Below are positions 17,159 to 19,505 of a stretch of 19,505 nucleotides of DNA, piece by piece (position 1 is the first letter of the stretch; each line of letters opens with the position of its first letter). The notes beneath the pieces are model-generated. The model was not told the DNA's origin. It made no database searches and saw only the letters and a program-made list of their open reading frames with translations. Source of the DNA: Planctomycetota bacterium (GTDB taxonomy: Bacteria; Planctomycetota; UBA8108; UBA1146); the NCBI GenBank assembly GCA_036338595.1, contig JAYZBV010000044.1, forward strand, positions 1-19,505. Reading direction: 5' to 3'. The position numbers and the translations under genes are program-made.

Positions 17159-18850
17159 GGGGTTGTTGAGTTCAACGAGGTGCCAGCGAACATGGTTGCC
17201 CTGGATATCGTCGCACATCCCGGTGGGATTGAAGTTCCGCACATAGGGTTTTTTCAGGATCGTCTCTCGTCCGAACAGCAGGAACAGCCACGGGCTATCC
17301 TCAAGGATCAAGCGTTCCGCTTGCTGCAACAGATCAATCCGTTCTTCCATGTCAGTGATCAGGTATGACTTGTCGATCAGGGCGTCGACTTGCGGATTGT
17401 CGTAAAAGGACACGTTTCCGTTGGGCCCCTTGTTCTTGGAATGGAAAAGGAATGCGAGAAAGTTCTCCGGGTCCGGGTAATCCGCAACCCAACCGAGTCG
17501 AAAGAAGGGTGGCTCTCCCGAATCGGTGGCCTCGATGAACGCGCCCCAGTCGAGCATCTTCAAGCCGATGGGGATCCCCGCCTGTTTCAGGTCTTCCTGC
17601 ACGACCTGAGCGATCTTGGCATTGTCGCCCTGGGTATTGAACCAGAGATCCACCGGGGGCAGTCCTTCACCCTTCGGGTATCCCGCCTCTGCCAGCAACT
17701 CCTGAGCGCGCTCTCGATCGAGTTCAAAGGCGGGTCGCGATGAATCATGACCCTGAATGCCCGGGGGCAAGATGCCGTTGGCGGCGTAGAAGCGCCCTTC
17801 GAGCAGCACTTCACCCAGAAACTTGCGGTCCACCGCCAGGTTGACCGCCTCCCGCAACTTCCGGGCACTCTCGGAATTTCCGGCGTAAGGGGAGCCTTCC
17901 TTATCGAGATTGAACCCGTAGTACTGCACCACCAGTGAAGGCCAGGACAGAACTTCATCGGCCCGATTGGAGTTCATCCAGCGCGGATAGACGCCCTGGG
18001 TCACGTTCAGGATCTCGAAGTTCCCCGCCTTGTACTCCTCCAGTTGAGCCAGCGGTTCCGGGATGACTCGGTAGTGAATCCGTGAGATTTTTGGCGCGCC
18101 TTCGAAATAGTCCGGGTTTGCCTTCAAGTGCAGCGACGTGCCTTCTTTCCACTCATCGAGGATGAAGGCGCCGGTGCCGGTCGGAAGGCGAGAAAATGCG
18201 TGGCCATGCTCCTCGACCAGTTCGCGCGGGACCACGGCGGTATTGACCATAGCCAGGTGATAGATGAAGGGTGCATACGGCTTCTTCAGGGTGATCCGTA
18301 GCTGTAGATCTCCCAGCACCTCGATGCCCTTGATGTCGGGAGCGTTCTCCGACTTGGATCGAGCCGCCTCGATCGCCTCTGCAGCACCGAGGATGGGTTC
18401 GATCAGATTGGACCGTTTCGAGCGAACGGAAGCCAGTCTCTGAAAACTGTACTTGAAGTCCGTTGCGGTGATCGCACGACCATGACTGAAGTTCACTCCC
18501 TCGCGCAGGGTGAAATCGTACTGGAGTCCGTCGTCGGAGATCACCGGCATCGCCACGGCGAGGCAGGGTTCCAGATTCAGATCTGGGTCGTAGTCGAGCA
18601 GCGTATTGAAGATCTTCGAGGCCACTCCGTCAGAAGTGGTGTCCGAGACGAGGATCGGATCAAGATCGGGAGGATTGGTCATCAACGGAATACGAAAGAT
18701 GCCGTCGGGATGAGGGGCCGAAACGCTCTTGATCTGGTTTGGAGTCGATCCTCCCGAACCAGGATTCGGCGTACAGCCACAGATCCAGCACGTCATCAGC
18801 GAAAGGCAGCACAGCAGCGCGACACCAGGTCGGACAGAATACTCTGGCAT
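17147..18850 (-). CDS. Peptide/nickel ABC transporter substrate-binding lipoprotein, family 5 (DppA/AppA-like)
   Basis: Lipobox-like WICGC, PPDLDP, IFNTLLDYD, FTLREGVNF.HG, GTGAF, LREAVNLAVDR, LGWVADYPDPENFL. RBS GGAG upstream of ATG 18850. Confidence 0.93.
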   Translation of the reverse strand: MPEYSVRPGVALLCCLSLMTCWICGCTPNPGSGGSTPNQIKSVSAPHPDGIFRIPLMTNPPDLDPILVSDTTSDGVASKIFNTLLDYDPDLNLEPCLAVAMPVISDDGLQYDFTLREGVNFSHGRAITATDFKYSFQRLASVRSKRSNLIEPILGAAEAIEAARSKSENAPDIKGIEVLGDLQLRITLKKPYAPFIYHLAMVNTAVVPRELVEEHGHAFSRLPTGTGAFILDEWKEGTSLHLKANPDYFEGAPKISRIHYRVIPEPLAQLEEYKAGNFEILNVTQGVYPRWMNSNRADEVLSWPSLVVQYYGFNLDKEGSPYAGNSESARKLREAVNLAVDRKFLGEVLLEGRFYAANGILPPGIQGHDSSRPAFELDRERAQELLAEAGYPKGEGLPPVDLWFNTQGDNAKIAQVVQEDLKQAGIPIGLKMLDWGAFIEATDSGEPPFFRLGWVADYPDPENFLAFLFHSKNKGPNGNVSFYDNPQVDALIDKSYLITDMEERIDLLQQAERLILEDSPWLFLLFGRETILKKPYVRNFNPTGMCDDIQGNHVRWHLVELNNPGAQ

Positions 18851-19076
18851 TCGATGTTCTCCTCTGGACCCTCTGCAAACCTGGATCAAAACTGATCATG
18901 AGAGGAGGCACAGTAGCCGAAGTGGTGCTCCAGTACGAGCCTACCGGGATGGGAAGCCCGACGAGATGACCCGAGCCCCTCCCAGGGGCGCACTGTGCAA
19001 CATTTGCCGCGGGGTCTGCGTCCATCCCTGGCCATCTTTCGGGCTGAATCCCCTCGGATGAGAGTGCCACCCCATA

Positions 19077-19105
19077 TTGCCGCAGCCACGCCGGGGGAGT
19101 AACTT
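19077..19105 (+). promoter_or_regulatory. Putative sigma70-type promoter for the short lipoprotein ORF
   Basis: TTGCCG (19077-19082) - 17 bp - TAACTT (19100-19105). Same -35 hexamer as the candidate at 11730-11725. Confidence 0.45.
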
Positions 19106-19184
19106 ACTCGCTCAGTTGATCTTGGAGCCTGACCGCTGGACCGAGGATCGCTTCCACACCCTGCCTGTGCCGAGAGAGGAAACC

Positions 19185-19343
19185 GTGAAGTTGCTCCCAG
19201 TTACGCGCTCATGTCCGAGAGCGATCTCTCTCTGCACTCCGAAGATGCTACTGATGCTGGCTCTTCTGATGGGTGCTGGCTGTACCGCCAAGTCTCCACC
19301 CCCCGCACCTGGTGCCACATCCGATGAGGTGGGTGCTCAGTAA
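19185..19343 (+). CDS. Short (52 aa) or truncated lipoprotein: signal peptide, lipobox, Pro-rich linker, ending in the duplicated GAQ-stop
   Basis: RBS GAGAGGA before GTG 19185. MKLLPVTRSCPRAISLCTPKMLLMLALLMGAG|CTAKSPPPAPGATSDEVGAQ*. The last 4 codons lie inside the inverted repeat. Confidence 0.6.
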   Translation: MKLLPVTRSCPRAISLCTPKMLLMLALLMGAGCTAKSPPPAPGATSDEVGAQ

Positions 19344-19505
19344 CGAGGTTCAGTGCTCTCATTCACCCTGCGACGACTGCTCGAGGCGATCCCTGTCATC
19401 TTGCTGGTCACCCTCATCGTATTCCTGCTGAATGCGGCAATTCCGGGGAATCCAGGGCGCATACGCATGGGGCAAAGAGCTGAACCCGCTCAAGTCGATG
19501 CCTAC
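19332..19505 (+). repeat. Inverted repeat, copy 2 (runs off the window end)
   Basis: Matches the reverse complement of 16985-17158 except at 19337 (T vs G) and 19394 (T vs G). Confidence 0.97.
19353..19505 (+). CDS. Partial second copy of the DppB/OppB-family permease (5' end; possibly artefactual)
   Basis: MLSFTLRRLLEAIPVILLVTLIVFLLNAAIPGNPGRIRMGQRAEPAQVDAY is identical in amino acids to the N-terminus of 16190..17137 and open to the window end. Confidence 0.7.
   Translation, partial: MLSFTLRRLLEAIPVILLVTLIVFLLNAAIPGNPGRIRMGQRAEPAQVDAY

Noticed and set aside
18975..18989. GCCCCT-CCC-AGGGGC mini hairpin
   Set aside because: 6-bp stem with no U tract; expected by chance at this GC content.
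29..19318. Numerous long alternative-frame and antisense ORFs (e.g. 919..1695, 8810..9709, 9791..10714, 12153..12986, 14683..15654)
   Set aside because: They overlap well-supported genes, lack recognisable motifs and are the expected shadow ORFs of GC-rich coding DNA.
17159..19331. Transposon or IS interpretation of the inverted-repeat-flanked segment
   Set aside because: No transposase or recombinase, the repeats are ordinary gene sequence, and no target-site duplication can be assessed.
1..19505. CRISPR array, tRNA, rRNA or recognisable riboswitch
   Set aside because: No regularly spaced direct repeats or conserved RNA motifs were recognised by eye. An Infernal/Rfam scan of 1993-2454, 11574-11805 and 18851-19184 would be needed to exclude ncRNAs.

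Overview
Window from a GC-rich bacterium, most likely Planctomycetota: it carries the PVC-superphylum signature small basic protein and a planctomycete-style dockerin protein. Left to right it holds the 3' end of a probable sulfatase, a DEAD-box RNA helicase with a DbpA-type C-terminal domain, and a secreted protein with two cohesin-like repeats plus a dockerin-like domain. Three peptide/nickel (Opp/Dpp/Yej) ABC-importer clusters follow in alternating orientation, with only one ATPase pair in view. Main oddities: (i) the last 174 bp are a 172/174-identical inverted copy of 16985-17158, fused in frame to a short lipoprotein ORF that has its own promoter and RBS. This is either an invertible ~2.2-kb cassette/real duplication or an amplification/assembly chimera. 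(ii) Both Yej-type permeases carry large extracytoplasmic insertions built from internal repeats (2 x 48-aa helical hairpins; 3 x 49-aa tandem units). (iii) The cohesin-cohesin-dockerin-like protein has no recognisable catalytic domain. No rRNA, tRNA, CRISPR, transposase or recombinase was seen.
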